A stretch of DNA of 64,000 bases from Takakia lepidozioides (Eukaryota > Plantae > Bryophyta). How positions within the stretch are numbered: the first letter of the stretch is position 1; each line of letters opens with the position of its first letter. Shown one piece after another: positions 49,025-62,368 of this stretch. Location: the NCBI GenBank assembly GCA_030704615.1, contig CM060733.1, positions 10,726,001-10,790,000 of the forward strand. Direction: 5' to 3'. The notes beneath the pieces were generated by a model. The model made no database searches and was not told where the DNA came from. It saw nothing but the letters and a program-made list of their open reading frames with translations. Position numbers and translations under genes: made by a program.

Positions 49025-50809
49025 GGAGAGTGATCTGATGGACGTCGTTGATAAATATAGGACGTGTAGGACGTGTCAAGCATCAAGACAGACTGCCACT
49101 CTTTATGCATCATAAGAGTATTCAACGCCCACTCCATTGGTTGGTAATTATAAGAAAAGCTGAGGTTTTGGGGATAAGTTGCTTCACTCTAATGTACTCC
49201 TCCGTCTGAACAAATTCTTCTGACTGTATTTTTCTCCCTTCTCCCAAACACATTGCTTCAGATGGCAAGCAAGGTGGCAGGGTTTGTCCTGATAATCTTT
49301 TTGACCTCCCCAGGACTCGCCGGTCCATCCCTTGTCAATGGTACTATTGTCATAGGCTGGCCCTGTTACACAGGTGAATGGAAGTTTGCGTGCCAGTCCT
49401 TACATGCAGACCTTTGCAGGTGGTCGGGTGTTAACCAAGTTTGTTTTCGAAGTGTTTGTTCAAAGTGTTGTTTTCAAAGTGTTTGTTGGACTTGCCCTCA
49501 CGCACAGACTACGAAACGGTTTCTCCCACTTGTCAGCATTTCTGCAGAGGAATGGTACTAGATTTTAGTTTCTGGAGGGAAAACATCGATATTTGGTGTT
49601 GGATGAAATATATTTGTTTGTTAGAGTGTGCTACTTTTCATGTCAAAAGTATAGGGAGTAGCAGTGGGTCATAGTAGTTACTGACGCCAAGTTCCAACAC
49701 ATGGGCATTTAATAGAATGAGTGACATGTGGGTGGCAATAACAAAATTGATCTTTGCATTCTTTGCATGAAAATAGAGTGAGGAACACTGACTGGGACCC
49801 ATTCAAGGTTATAGACTATATGGGCAAGATTGATATGAAATTGACAAGATTGTAAGACTGACACTAGAATTTGGAATAAAAACCTATGAGATGATTTCTT
49901 ATAAAAAACAGATGAGTTTTTTGGAGCTATCTGTTACTTTCAGGTTCTCATCATTTACACTGTCCTGCCACTTAGACCTAGCACTTCAGAGTTGAGTATA
50001 AGAGGGCAACAACATTTCAACATTTCATCCCGGAATATTTTTAAGCCTAGAGGATTTGAGGTTTGTTTCAGAAACTACAGTTGGCAAGAAGCTTATCTGT
50101 CATGGGATATTTTGTTGAGCTCTGGCTTCATCCATCAAACTGGGGGCAAACAAGGTTTCATGACATGGCACTGTTGAATTGGTATTCAACCCATACACAT
50201 CCTTGCAGCTGCTAGAGCCTAGCCTAGCCCTACCATAGTCATTTGTACTTCGACAATGTTGCCAGGGTGCCTAGGGCCCTTTATCTTCTTGTCCTTTTAG
50301 AAAAGAAAAAATTTATGGAACAAACCCATGTCCCCTGAGATAGTACATGCAACAAAGAAGCTCAGCCAGCTGAAGAACAAGGAAAAGAGCAACAGGCCTT
50401 TTGAAGACCTGAAACAATGAGTAACTCCTTCGCATGCATATCCCTACAATCTTACCTGTATAATGTAACAAGCTCCCAACCCAAGGAAATGTTGAACTTT
50501 TCATTTTCTTGGGAAAGCAAACACTGAGATGTATGGGGATGTAGCACAACCAGAACAAAAAGCCTCGAGTACAATATGGTAGTGTCTTGTCCCATGTGAA
50601 GAAAAAGATACACAAGTTAATCGCTGAAGAATGTGGAACTAAGATGTTATGATTTTCCTCAACCTAAAGCTTATGCACCCTACCAGAGTCCTGAGAAAGG
50701 TATCAGCTGAAGCCAGGTAGGCTCAACTGGTTCAGCTGTTTGCGCCAATATGGTGCAGCCTAGCAAATGAATAATAGAAGATGGATACATACTCAAATCT
50801 TCCGACAGC

Positions 50810-53361
50810 TCACATTCCTCGCAAGGGTGGTCTTTCGATGTCATCCCCATCCGAGGTGAGTTTAACCGTTTGGATCAGGCGCTCACGTAACAACTCCAAG
50901 TTCTGGTCTGAGATGGCCTTGTGCATTCGAGCATGGTCGTACTTCTGCAACAACCCCCACAGAAACATTCAGGCTTAAGACACAGACTGTAAAACAAAAG
51001 GCTTCAAATAGATTGTAATCTAGGAGAACCTTGCTTTGTCAACTTCAATTGAAATCCATCATTCAAGGTGGGTCATTCCCAAAACACTGCCATGAGTGTG
51101 ATGGCATGTAGTAGCATCATCACATTGGCATTGAAAGACAGCACATGCCACAACAGTAATCTTTTAGATGGAATTGCACACTGATGTAGGTTCTCAACAA
51201 TTTGTGGCTCAGAAGACAGTGGTATATCACAATGCTTCTGATGGCCTTTCTGTTGCAAGCTCAACCTATTGAAATTTTGACAACTTGAGCAGGATCAAAA
51301 AAATATTTAGATGCAATTCTCGACGGCCTGCAAAGGCCAAGGAGAGCGTACATATCCCATGATTACCACAGGCATCGGGGCCAATTTCTTATAACAAGAA
51401 GATTCCAAAGACATGCCATATGACGATACTGAGGTGACAGGCCCTGACATGTAAGGGGTAGATAGCTCATGATGACACATCTCAGTGAGGGACCGGAGGC
51501 AGCATAAGGGATTGTTCACTTGCAGATTGTAAAATTTCGACTACCATCAGAGGTCACAGCTGGGTCAAAACAAAGAAGTGGTACCTTAACCCACTTGTTG
51601 AATAAGTGTAACCGGGTCACCATCACCCTCTCACCCAGCTCCTGCCTTTCCTGTTGAAAAAACATAAAGATGGTGTCCAAATAGACATCAATCATAATGG
51701 CATGGCCCCTGAAGGCAGATGGACCAACTAACACAAGCAACATGCAATCACCAATGGAGGGATACTTTACATACCTTCACTAGTGCACGAATAAAGAGTT
51801 TGCTATCCTGTGGCTTGTTATTAACCACAAAGCTGCACCCCCAGTCACAAGCAAGCCAGGTAAGCAATGACACTTTCCAACTCTAAAACCTCTTCCTACT
51901 TGCATTCACATATCACAAATGTATTGTTGCTGCACTAAATCTTCATTCTGAATGTTACTGACACCCACAGTAACCTTATATAAGGTCGAAGGTAATATAA
52001 AAGCCAGTATTTTTTCCTACACATCCACCTGCATTCTTCATTAGAAATCTTGGATGCCAGAAGTGCAACCAAACAACATCAACAAGGGGAACAAACCTTA
52101 CTTATAAAAAAAAGCATACTGCTGAGGGTTCATCTCAGATAGCTGTGCCAGCACTGTCTTGACTGCTTTATACGTGAAGTAGTCGAGCAAATGCTGCAAA
52201 AATCAATCCTCTGCCACATTCAGTCATCCCCACATTGGCAAAGACACTTCCGTAGCACCTCTGAAGCGATGCCAGAAGGGGCAATAATACATGCGTCATG
52301 TATTTCATGGGTAGCTAAATTGCGAATGGTTATATCCCTCTCATTATGAATCTCAGGCACGGCTTTCCAGACCCAGAGAGTCAACCTGGGAGCTCTCACT
52401 TGCAGAGCCATATCCCCCCCTAGTAGGACTGAAAACAAGCAAGGATATTCAACCAAATGGATTCTAGTGCAATGCAGTTGCAGACCACCAACACAATTTT
52501 TTCAAGAAGGCAGTAAACCAGTAACAGAGCATTTTGGCTTCCTCTTTCCATGACCTAGGGCCCGAGTCAAATATTGGCCTAACCTGCTGCAATATGTCCA
52601 CCTTATATTCCGAACAAGACTAGTGATTTCACATTCTGAAAGACCTAAAATCTTCATCATCAGAAATTAACAAAAATTGCTGACAGAAATAGCAGGCATG
52701 CAGAAACATGACACAGCCTGCCCAGACAACCACCAACTAAAATTCGGCGAGTCTCTACCCCACGGCCTTTGCATCTACACCCCTAATGCTCGACGAACTA
52801 CAGGAAGAAAAAACTGAGGCAGCACAGAAAGGAATTCTCAATTCACAGTTTTTTTTCTGCTGCTTTTATAGGTGACAGACAGTCAGGTGCTGCGGATATC
52901 CATTCAGGCTGTAGAGCAACTATACTCGCGCTCCCCAAAGTTGAACACTGTCACCTAAAATACTCTCACAGACCACCCCAGAATGAAATTGAAGGAGAAG
53001 GAGGAAAACAGCTCAAAGCATAGAAGCGCACCTTCTCGACATCAGCAAAACTCTCCTCGTATTGCCCTCCAATTTCATCCACAACCAGCGGCGCGTGATG
53101 GTCACTCGTGCAGGCAGGAACCATGCGCGCCAGCACACGTCCACTGGAGCGCCAGTCTTGCCATGCCTGTGTCAGAGAACTGTGCAGCTGCACCTGCCCT
53201 CTACTTCTACGTTGGCACGCATAGCGCTGATGCCCAGGCACCCCGCGAGCCACCACCACGCCACACGCACTCGACAAGCCCACCGTCTCCGAGTTCCCAC
53301 CTGCCGCACACATGCAAGGTCCACCCAGCAGGCTCACTGCTGCTACTGCGCGCCCTGCCAT
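50810..53361 (-). CDS. RBCX: Chloroplast Rubisco assembly chaperone RbcX (RbcX2-type), 5 exons
   Basis: Transit peptide, then VVDEIGGQYEESFADVEK|HLLDYFTYKAVKTVLAQLSEMNP...|NKPQDSKLFIRALVK|ERQELGERVMVTRLHLFNKWVK|KYDHARMHKAISDQNLELLRERL. Confidence 0.92.
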
Positions 53362-54302
53362 CCCCACCCTCGAGGATTCAGGCACCCTGCACACCACTTC
53401 TGCCACTCCTCGTATCCTCTTCTTTCTTTCAAAAAAACCAGCCACTTCCCTTCCCCTCCACTGCAATTCCCTACTCCCGTGTTACCGCATGGCCTCCAGG
53501 CAGCTCCCTTTCGCTCACTTCACACACCATGCAACCCACTTTCTAAAATCTCTACTGCTCCCAACAGCAAGCTCCAAGCAGCTGGATTTGTCCCGTGTAA
53601 TGCTGGGCTGCAGCGCACGCCACAGATTGCTCTCTCTCCCTCGTCTCTCTTCTGTGCAGGCAGCACAGCCTCTCCCTTTCTCCCACCCTTTCGTCTGTGC
53701 AACTGGCGACCGCCGGTGTCTAGGGGTGGATAGCAAACGGAGACCCGATGCAGGGGGTGGGCAGCAGCCGGTCACGCAAGGCAGTGCCGTGGAAGCTACC
53801 CGAGCGTGCGATGGTGGCCTTCCATCTTCGCAACACTTCAAGTTTGTTGCTTGCTTTGTGTGTCGTCGAAATGCCCTGCCCTGCTTTTCGAGCTGGCACT
53901 CACACCTCATAAAGTGCGAGCAGGAGATTCGGTGGGATTCACAGGTGGGCAGATTCACTGGATCTGTTGAGGCCAGATGTGCGAGGCATGGTCGTGCAAC
54001 TGGACAGGATCCATGAACGTTGACGAACTTAGTTGGAGCTTGTGTGAATGTGCTTAAGTATGTGATTGTGCTTACGATAATTTCGGGGGTAGGTGATTAG
54101 GTAGTGATTACGATCTTTGTTGTTTGTGAGAAAGTTTGAAAACTAAACCGGAGGGATGAAGAGAGGCCGAGAGAGTAAGCGTGCTTCTCCGTGTCTCGCT
54201 GGTGTTGGGTAATGGCGAGGGTGCAGCTCGCTTGTGAAGTGCAGCACCCCTGCGACGGGCCACTAGCGGCAACATTTTCAGCAATTGCAAGAAGGGGTCC
54301 GG

Positions 54303-56993
54303 ATGATGGAGGTGATGGAGAAGCATATCGAGGGTTCTTTGGAGAGGGTCGGCTGGCACCTTCTCCCTTCCACCGTTTCTAACGTGCTGCACCAACTGCA
54401 CCAAGACAGAGAGGAGAAGTTTTCCTCGGGACAGCACGATCTGGAGCGAAGGGTGAAAAAAGAGCTTTTGGATAAGGATCTCAGCGTGGTGGGTGCACGC
54501 TGCCTGCCTGACGCCCAATCACTGCAGCAGCTGCACAGCCTGCGACCACCATTTGTTTTGCAGGTGCCCTTATTTACTTCTTTTTGCCCTCTGAAAGCTG
54601 GAGTTGGATGATGTAGCTTCGCAAAATCAAGTGATGGTGCCATTTCGAGGCCGTGAAACCTTATCGTAGACTTTTCGCACTGATCGTGGGTAACCCTTAT
54701 CATGTGAATGTACTTTGTCCGAGTCACATTTCGAACTGTTGAGGATTGTTATTGCCCAGTAGAGCATTGACCGTCTCCGGAAAGGTATTTTGTGTCGCAG
54801 CTAGTGGCGTCGAATTCTGAAGTGGCATATCGAGCAAGAAAGGAGCAACTGACAGGAAGGTTTACGTGAGCTGCAGGTGGGATCAGTAAATGATATCAGC
54901 GACAGCAACCAGCGCACAGGGCAGGGAGGGAGGTTGCTGCGACTGCGCCTCACAGATGGTCACGTATGGCTTACTGCGATCGAATATCGGCCCATCCCTT
55001 CGCTCTCTGTAGATATCCCTCCTGGCACAAAGGTGACCCACACAAACTGTCTTGCGCATTTGGTTGTGTATTTTCGTTGGGCACATATAGTTTTGAAAAG
55101 GAAACTTGACATGTGCCGTCTGGCTATCTGCGGTGTGTTGTCATGCAAAGCACTAAACGGGTAGAGTTTAACCCTTACTAAACCCTGGCTTCTTGTGGTG
55201 CTCTTTTGTGTGTGTCCCATTGTCTCCCCGCGGACTTATAAAGATCTTCATTTTCTTCTCTCTCTGGTCTGTGCACAAACTGCGAGAAAAGGATGGCACC
55301 TAAAAAATGTTAGGATGGAATTGCATGTAGGCTATGCATACGTGCAAGATTTGTAGTATGGACTTGAAGCTGTGGCATAGTTGTACTGAGTGGAACGAAA
55401 TCTGCAGTGCACCTCAAACTTCATGGAATAGTATATCAAGCAGTAAGGTATGTTTATATGGTTTTGGGAGGGCAATTGTGAGTGCAGGTGGTGTTGAAAG
55501 GCAACATGGCAGTGCAAAGCGGGATTGTGCTCCTGGAGCCACAGTCTCTGATTGTGGAGGGGGGGCATGTGACAGCACTCCATGATGAATGGGCAATGCA
55601 AAAGAAATATTCTGGTGCATTAGCACGTGCTGCCCCGGATGGTGTGTCTGGTCCACCACCCTTCCGGGCTTTGTCTCTAAGCACCAAAGGAGCACAGTCT
55701 GCTAAAACTTCTACCCATTCTTGTATGCTCCTTCAACTTTACTGGCTAAGGCCTCTGTCCTTTCCAACATCATAGGATACAAATGAACAACTTGCGAAGT
55801 TTCCTCCAGTTGTATCCAGTATCTGCAGAATGTGTTGGAGAGAAAGAGAGAGATTCTCGTATCCTATTGTTTGGGTTTAATCATGGATACACAGGTGTGG
55901 TGTCCAGCTCCACACTGCCATCATCATCCAGTGCTAGACTTAGTACTCCGTCCCAGGAAGCAAAGGAGACGGTGGTGACAAGTTCAAATGCAAAAGGAGG
56001 TTTGGATAGCAAGCTACTTGGGACACGAGTGAGACCTGGAGCCAACCCATACAGACCAAGGGTGAGTCAATCGACTTTGAAGGCCAAAGGTGCCACAGAA
56101 TCACCTGGTGTCGAAGGTGGGACCCTGGAGGCCAGGCCACCAGAGATGGTGACACTTGATGGAATTTCCACTTTCCAGCCTCACCCACAAACTATTTCAG
56201 CACCCCCGCCAACTTCATCCCCAGAGACCATAGAAGCTCAACTGGTAAAGACTGTACTTCCTCATCTTTGCATGTCTCTTTCAGTTAGGATTTCCAAACC
56301 TTAATCTGATCAAGCATGAGACGTGCAGACCCATCTTACTGTGGACCTTTCAATGTATCTACAGGTAAATTGGAAGTAGCAGAGAGTAGCACAAGGGCAA
56401 GTGTGTCAAAGACTGCAGTAGCATTGGGTGCAGAGGCTGTGCCTGTGCAGAACCGGCAAGCAGCACAGAAGCTGCTCGAGCGAAGGAGCGATGCTGGGCC
56501 GGGGTTTGGGGCAGAGGGAGGGCCAAGGGGGAGACCCACACGCCGAGGAGGACGGCGTGGGCCTCCTGGTGACACAGATGAGGGAGTTATGACACTGGAT
56601 GAGTGGGAGGCCAGGAAGGCCACCTCTAGTAGTGCCCCTGCAGTGGCAGTCAGTGACCAGGAGCTGGCCTGGCAGCTGCAACAGCAGTTTAATCAAGAAG
56701 ACCTCGAGGTAGCCTGTCCTGTAGCTCTGCATCTGTTGGCTTCTTTCTTTCAGAGATTTGACAATTCACAATACCTAAGCTCTTGTGCTTCTGGATTCAA
56801 TTTTTGTGTGCATGTACATTGAAACAATTCTGTCTGACTGCAGGTGCAGGGAGGATCAGCAAAGGAACTGGATGCAGCTGAACAACTCCGTATGAGCATG
56901 TTTAGCTTTTCAGGTGACCAGACATATAAAGAAGAGAGTACTCGTGGTAGAGGCCGTGGCAGGGGACGAGGACGGGGTCGAAGACGTGGGTAA
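54303..56993 (+). CDS. TDRD3/RMI1-N-like OB-fold protein (DUF1767 plus OB) with RG-rich tail
   Basis: ELLDKDL...PFVLQV...DIS...RLLRLRLTDG...AIEYRPIPSL...PPGTK|VVL...GIVLL...GGHV..L..EW...GPPPF; later TLDEWE, DQELAWQLQQQF and RGRGRGRGRGRRRG*. Confidence 0.85.
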
Positions 56994-57630
56994 TTAGTAC
57001 AAGAAGTTTCTCATTGTCAGCAGAAAACCGCTTAAGATTCACGCAAGTTCAGGATTTTGTCAAAACGGAAATGCTGGAGATTGACAATTTGTCACTTGGG
57101 CACAGAGCACTGGTGGTAGATAGCCTGCAATTTTTTGTCAGAGTCATAGCAGCACATCCAAAAGACTAGGTTTTTCTCCAGTTGGCGGTGCTTCCATTAC
57201 ACAGGATTCCAATAGTGTTTGCTTTAATCTGAAGTAGGTCTACTCTCACCATTCAAGGATAGATGGCAGCCCAGGCGCTAGTGTTGTTTACTGGAAGGCT
57301 GATAGACATCATCCCCAGCTTCCAGGTTGGACTGATTGATGCTCCAAGCATTGTCAACATGCTAGAATCCTCAACTATTAAACAAGGGTTTGGAAACAGG
57401 GCATCCAATGTGCCCTTTACCCCTTTGAATCATCTTCCATTGTGTTCCTTAATTTTCTACTCTCTTTGGTCATAACGCATAACATAAAGATCACCAAAAA
57501 GAAACTAACACAGGTACACAATGGTGTTCCAAGTTCCAACAGTGAATCCTGCCCTGAAAGATTAAAAAGCAATTACAAAACAAAAAACCATTTATAAAAT
57601 CCTTTTATCCAACAGACAAAGCATAAAACA

Positions 57631-57801
57631 GGGCTGTAGCCCAGTGGTAAGCCAATCATGTATTGGCCTGTGGGTCTGGGGTCAAACCCCTGTCATCTGT
57701 CTCTCTGCCTTGGGGCTGTCCCCATGGCTCAGAAAGGGGGTTTATTTTCCCCCTCAAGGCCCAGTTGCTGGAGCTGGTGTTTCCATTGGAAAAAGAGAAA
57801 A
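57631..57801 (+). mobile_element. Putative tRNA-derived SINE just upstream of Z-ISO
   Basis: GGGCTGTAGCCCAGTGGTAAG (A box), GGGTCAAACCCC (B-box-like), about 110-nt tail ending in an A-rich run. Confidence 0.55.
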
Positions 57802-58034
57802 GACTGAAGGGAGGGGAAGGAGAGGTGGGTTCCACCGGGCTGCTTAAGCCGTTGGGGACGGAGACGAGGCAGCAAACAGCAAACGGGATAGAGTTGCGGC
57901 GGGAATCAGCGCAACACTCCAAATTCTTTTGTTGGTGTAATACGGAGGATCACATTGGAGGATTCTTCGATTGAGAGAGGGAGAAGGAACGTTTTCATCA
58001 TCGTTTCCGCTGTGAGGCTGGGACAAAATTACCG

Positions 58035-60562
58035 ATGACTGCGTCTCCTTGGCTCGCAGGCCCTTTCTGTGGTCGTACCTCTTGCTCTCTTCAGGCGATT
58101 CCCCCTTCTCCAGCAGGGACATTTCAACGTGCGACCTCTGCTTCCAATTCACTTCTTCTGCTCGGTTCTACTCCTTCATGGGTGAAGTTTAGGAGTGCTT
58201 CGTCTTGTGGGTCAGCACGGCTACAAGTGAGTGTACAAACTTATCCCTTGTACGGTAAATCTAGATTTCTAGATTCATGAGCTTTCAATTATGGTTCGGA
58301 GCTACAATGCAAAGTAAATACCGTTTATGAGTGTTATCTTTATGCTGAAGCCTGAGACTGTATAATCCTTTGCCATTGATGTGAGTCGGAGTGATGGTGC
58401 CATGGAAGGAATGAAGCATACTTGAAATTTACGCTGCATTCTTATTTGGAGTCGCACGAGCCTCATCTCACTCAAATTCGTGAAACCTTGGTTGGTGGAA
58501 CGTCAATCCTTTCTTTTTATTGCAGCCGAGCTACCTTCATCAGTTTTCATGGTTAGCCCCGACCGAGTTCAATAAACAGCTGAGGGACTTAGGTAGCAGT
58601 ACCCATCACAGTCAGGTAGGCAAATCAAGGAGGTGGAGGGCCGAGGTACAATCAAATGTAGAAGATTCATCTCCCACGGTGTCCCCTCTATTATCTAAGA
58701 CACCGTCACCTCAAGGCAGTGTGTTGGAGGCAAGCTCTGGAGTTCAAAAGGAGGATGACATCTCATCTGGAGAGTCGATGCTTATCGGTGAAGATGCTGG
58801 CGTGTTTGATGTCAGCAGCCAAAAGACTTCCTCTTGGGTATTGTTTACTCTAGTTCTTGGCGTGGTCCTGGCAATCCTATACGTCACATGGCTCGATCCA
58901 GAGACAGGCTATGGAGGGGCATTCATAGATGCCGTTTCTTCTCTATCCAGCAACCATGAGGTGAGCTTCCTTGCGGTACTCTAAGTGGCATATGTTGCAT
59001 GTAACACTATGGAATATGCTGGTTATGAATGATAAGAATCCTCATGTTGTGTCCAACATCTCAGACATGGCTAAGGACGGTATTATCACAAGCCAGTTCA
59101 ACAGTTTCCAGGACTTTGCATCCCTTAAGGATTTTTTTTGTCTCTCAAATGTTGATGCTATGAACGCTGCTTCAAGACAAGGGTATGCTTTGAAGCTCCT
59201 TTGTGAAGAAATTAAGAATTCTTCTCCATACTCAAAGGACACATGACTTTTCAGTCTCTGGTCTAGTCAGACTTTGTAAGTCTGGGGTGGGGAGCTTTCT
59301 AAGCTGACTTATATTAGTTAGGTTGGGTCTCTCCTTTCTTTCTGTGCTGTTTAAGTCTGGAATTTTTTCCTTGATTTGAATGCTTAAAGTATGTCTTGGT
59401 TGAGTCATATGAGCAAGAAAAAAGGTTCACGCAGGGTTGCATCTTGGGGCAGAATAGAGATTTTAGACATGCTCATGAAGTGGGAAGCAACCCGTTGGCT
59501 GTGTATGTTGTGCGATATAGGTGGTGATGTTGATCATACTATTCATTTTTGCCCTGGTCCATAGTGGCCTGGCAAGTTTGCGTGGAGCAGGCGAGAAATT
59601 GATTGGTGAGCGGGCATATCGAGTCATCTTTGCTGGAGTCTCTCTGCCTCTGGCAGTTTCTGCTGTGGTATGTTCCAAAAGCACAACCTTGAGATGATAT
59701 CTTCCTGAAGAGTCCTCTGTCCAGGTTTAGCTGTGGCCACTTGAAACTTGTAGATGCTTTGTTTTGTGTTTGGCATTACATTTTAACATGTTATGAAGGT
59801 TAATTAGGAGGCTGTTGTTGCAGGTATACTTCATTAATCACAGATATGATGGTGTGCAACTTTGGCAAGTACGCACAGTGCCGGGTGTACATGAGTTAGT
59901 CTGGACATTGTCCTTCGTATCCTTTCTCTTCCTGTATCCATCCACCTTCAATCTTCTGGAGGTGGCAGCTGTTGATAAGCCGAAGCTGCACATGTGGGAG
60001 ACTGGCATCATGCGCATTACTAGGCATCCCCAGGTACTTATTTTATGCAGTCCTTCATAGTATTGCTACATTGCGAAGGGGTATGTTTTCACACAGTTTG
60101 AATTTACTCTAGCACTTCGACTTCTGGTTTGAAGTCCTTATGCTACTAGTGTATGAGTTTGTAGGCATTAGTCTATTCAACATTTAGATGACAATATAAT
60201 TTTGCTAATGAGGCTATATGAGACAGATGGTGGGGCAGGTTCTATGGTGTTTGGCACACACTCTGTGGATAGGCAACTCTTTCACGTTAACGACATCAGT
60301 TGGGCTGCTAGCACATCACCTCTTTGGGGTATGGCATGGAGACAAGCGGTTGGCTGAACGGTATGGGGAAGCCTTTGAGTCAGTGAAACAGCGCACCAGC
60401 GTCACTCCCTTTGCTGCTATTCTAGAAGGCCGGCAGAAGTTGCCAGCCAATTTTGTTAGTGAGTTCAATAGGTTACCTTATTACGTGATAGTTGGTCTTA
60501 CGATTGGTGCATATCTTTCCCACCCTTTAATGCAGATTGGTAGCCATTATCTTCGTTGGTAG
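58035..60562 (+). CDS. Z-ISO: 15-cis-zeta-carotene isomerase (NnrU family), 5 exons
   Basis: LIGEDAGVF...[17 protein letters not shown]...[61 protein letters not shown]; N-terminal transit peptide. Confidence 0.95.
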
Positions 60563-60787
60563 AGGACAATCACCCATGTATGGATCTCTTGATAGTATTC
60601 TAATTTCTTCTTTGCATGCTTGTCTCTCTCACCCCCTCTCTCTATCTTCGCTCTAAGCCATGATCAGCCAGGGAAGGAAAAAAGAAGGAAAGCCCACTTT
60701 TTCTTCAAAAGGAAGAAGCCACTTTCCAGGAAAGGAAGAAGTCCACTTATCAAAGTGAACTACCCAAGTGGACTTCTTCCTTTGGAT

Positions 60788-61590
60788 AGTGGACTTCTTT
60801 GATATTGATCAAGGTGTAGCACAAGGTTGTACCTTCTTCCCACTGCTCTTCAATGCTTTCATTAAGCAGTTTCTTGGACACTTCTCCTATTACGGCACCG
60901 TATAAGGGCAGGCAATGGAAACACGGTGGGACCAAATCTATAGTTGTGAGCAACACACATGCATGGACAGTGAAGGGTTTGGGCTAAAGGTAGGTGACGC
61001 CACCATACCAGCTCTTGTGTTTGCGGATGACTTCGCAGGCCTAGGGGATACCCCATCCAACCTCCAGGAGTTGATTGATTGGGCTAAGAGGTTCTTTGAC
61101 ATGTGGAGGCTAGAAGCAAATGTTACTAAATTTGCAGTTGGCATTCAACAACCGTGGGGAGGGAGGGAGGGGTTCTCAAATGAAAATGGGGTAATGAAGA
61201 GACCCTGTACTCCCTTCCTACACATATCTTGGTGTGTTGTTTTCTTCCAACTGTAATTGGTATGTACTTTTCCAAAATTGATTCAATTAGGTGAACGCAA
61301 AGCTTTGGGTCTCACTAATTTTTTCCACTGCAGAGTGATTAATACTGAAAGAACCATGCTTTGCAAAGCTATTAGGCTGGCGTTGGAGCACGCATCTGCT
61401 GTGTGGGGTCGACAATTCCGACCATGCTAAAAATCTTTAGAACCATTCAGGTCGCGATGCTCAAAGAAAGCTTGTCGGTTTGTTATAGAACAGCTAATGT
61501 TGCTGTTTGGCCAAGTTTGGCACACCTCCCTTAAGCTCTCGACGTGATGAAAAATTCAAGGCCAGATGGTGGGGGTAGTGAACAATCCAT
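60788..61590 (+). mobile_element. 5'-truncated, degenerate LINE reverse-transcriptase fragment
   Basis: FDIDQGVAQGCTFFPLLFNAFI (RT domain 4), then after a short interruption ALVFADDFAG...WRLEANVTK (domains 5-6) and LEHASAVWG; frameshifts and stops. Confidence 0.85.
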
Positions 61591-62002
61591 AGCCCAATCT
61601 GTAAAAGAACACTGGCTTTGGGTTCCAACCATGACAACCACATTGCAGGGTGACTAAGTGCCACTGCAAACCTGATTGATAGAAGAAGAGTTGAGTGCAA
61701 CCTAAATTGACTCTAGGTACAAATCTTGACTACCACCCAAAGTTTCTAACTTTTAGAATGGCAATGAGCACCCTTTGAGTTAACCACCTCTGTTAGCAAA
61801 CTGAGTCCAGCTAGCAAACGGAACCCAGTAGCGTTACGATAACGACCCGCGGCTCGGCCTTGCTAACATTGGCCTACTTCCCCTCGACATGATGCACTTT
61901 ACATCCAAATTTGTCGATTGTACATCCACATATGTCACATCACATCCAGAAAATGTGGCGCCCCTTACAAATCTAGTGCTGATCGTCATAAGCAATGGCA
62001 TT

Positions 62003-62140
62003 CCGACACGTCACCCGAAGAGCTCTTCATGACGACTTCTCCCTATCAGAGTCCCATTTTCTTACGGAAATTAGAATAAAGTTGACGGTTTGTTATCCAA
62101 CAGCAAAATACGAGGTGCCGCCACTAGCTGCTCCCACGTG
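62003..62140. promoter_or_regulatory. DRE core/ABRE and G-box upstream of the LEA-like gene
   Basis: CCGACACGT at 62003-62011 (CCGAC overlapping reverse ACGTGTC) and CACGTG at 62135-62140. Short motifs; could be chance. Confidence 0.35.
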
Positions 62141-62368
62141 GAGAACATGTGGCAGATCGAGGGCCCTGGCACTTGGCAGCGATGCGCGTGGATGAGGAAG
62201 AAGGGGTTCACCCTGATTTGTGCCCAGCAGCGAGACGCTGCTTTGCTCTGCGCAGCGACGCCACAAGCTGCTTAAAATCTTCGCTGCTTACAATCTTGGC
62301 TGCCATTCTGAGCGTGCAGGGTTGGATTTGCAAGGCTACTGTGTTTTTGTTGTTGGGTTGATCGAGTT

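Noticed and set aside
52983-54016. Long plus-strand ORFs between RbcX and the TDRD3-like gene
   Set aside because: Antisense to GC-rich RbcX exon 1 and promoter; low-information sequence.
60750-60956. Minus-strand RT-like peptide suggesting a twin-primed, 5'-inverted LINE
   Set aside because: The plus strand of the same bases gives the much better RT domain-4 motif GVAQGCTFFPLLFN, so there is no inversion.
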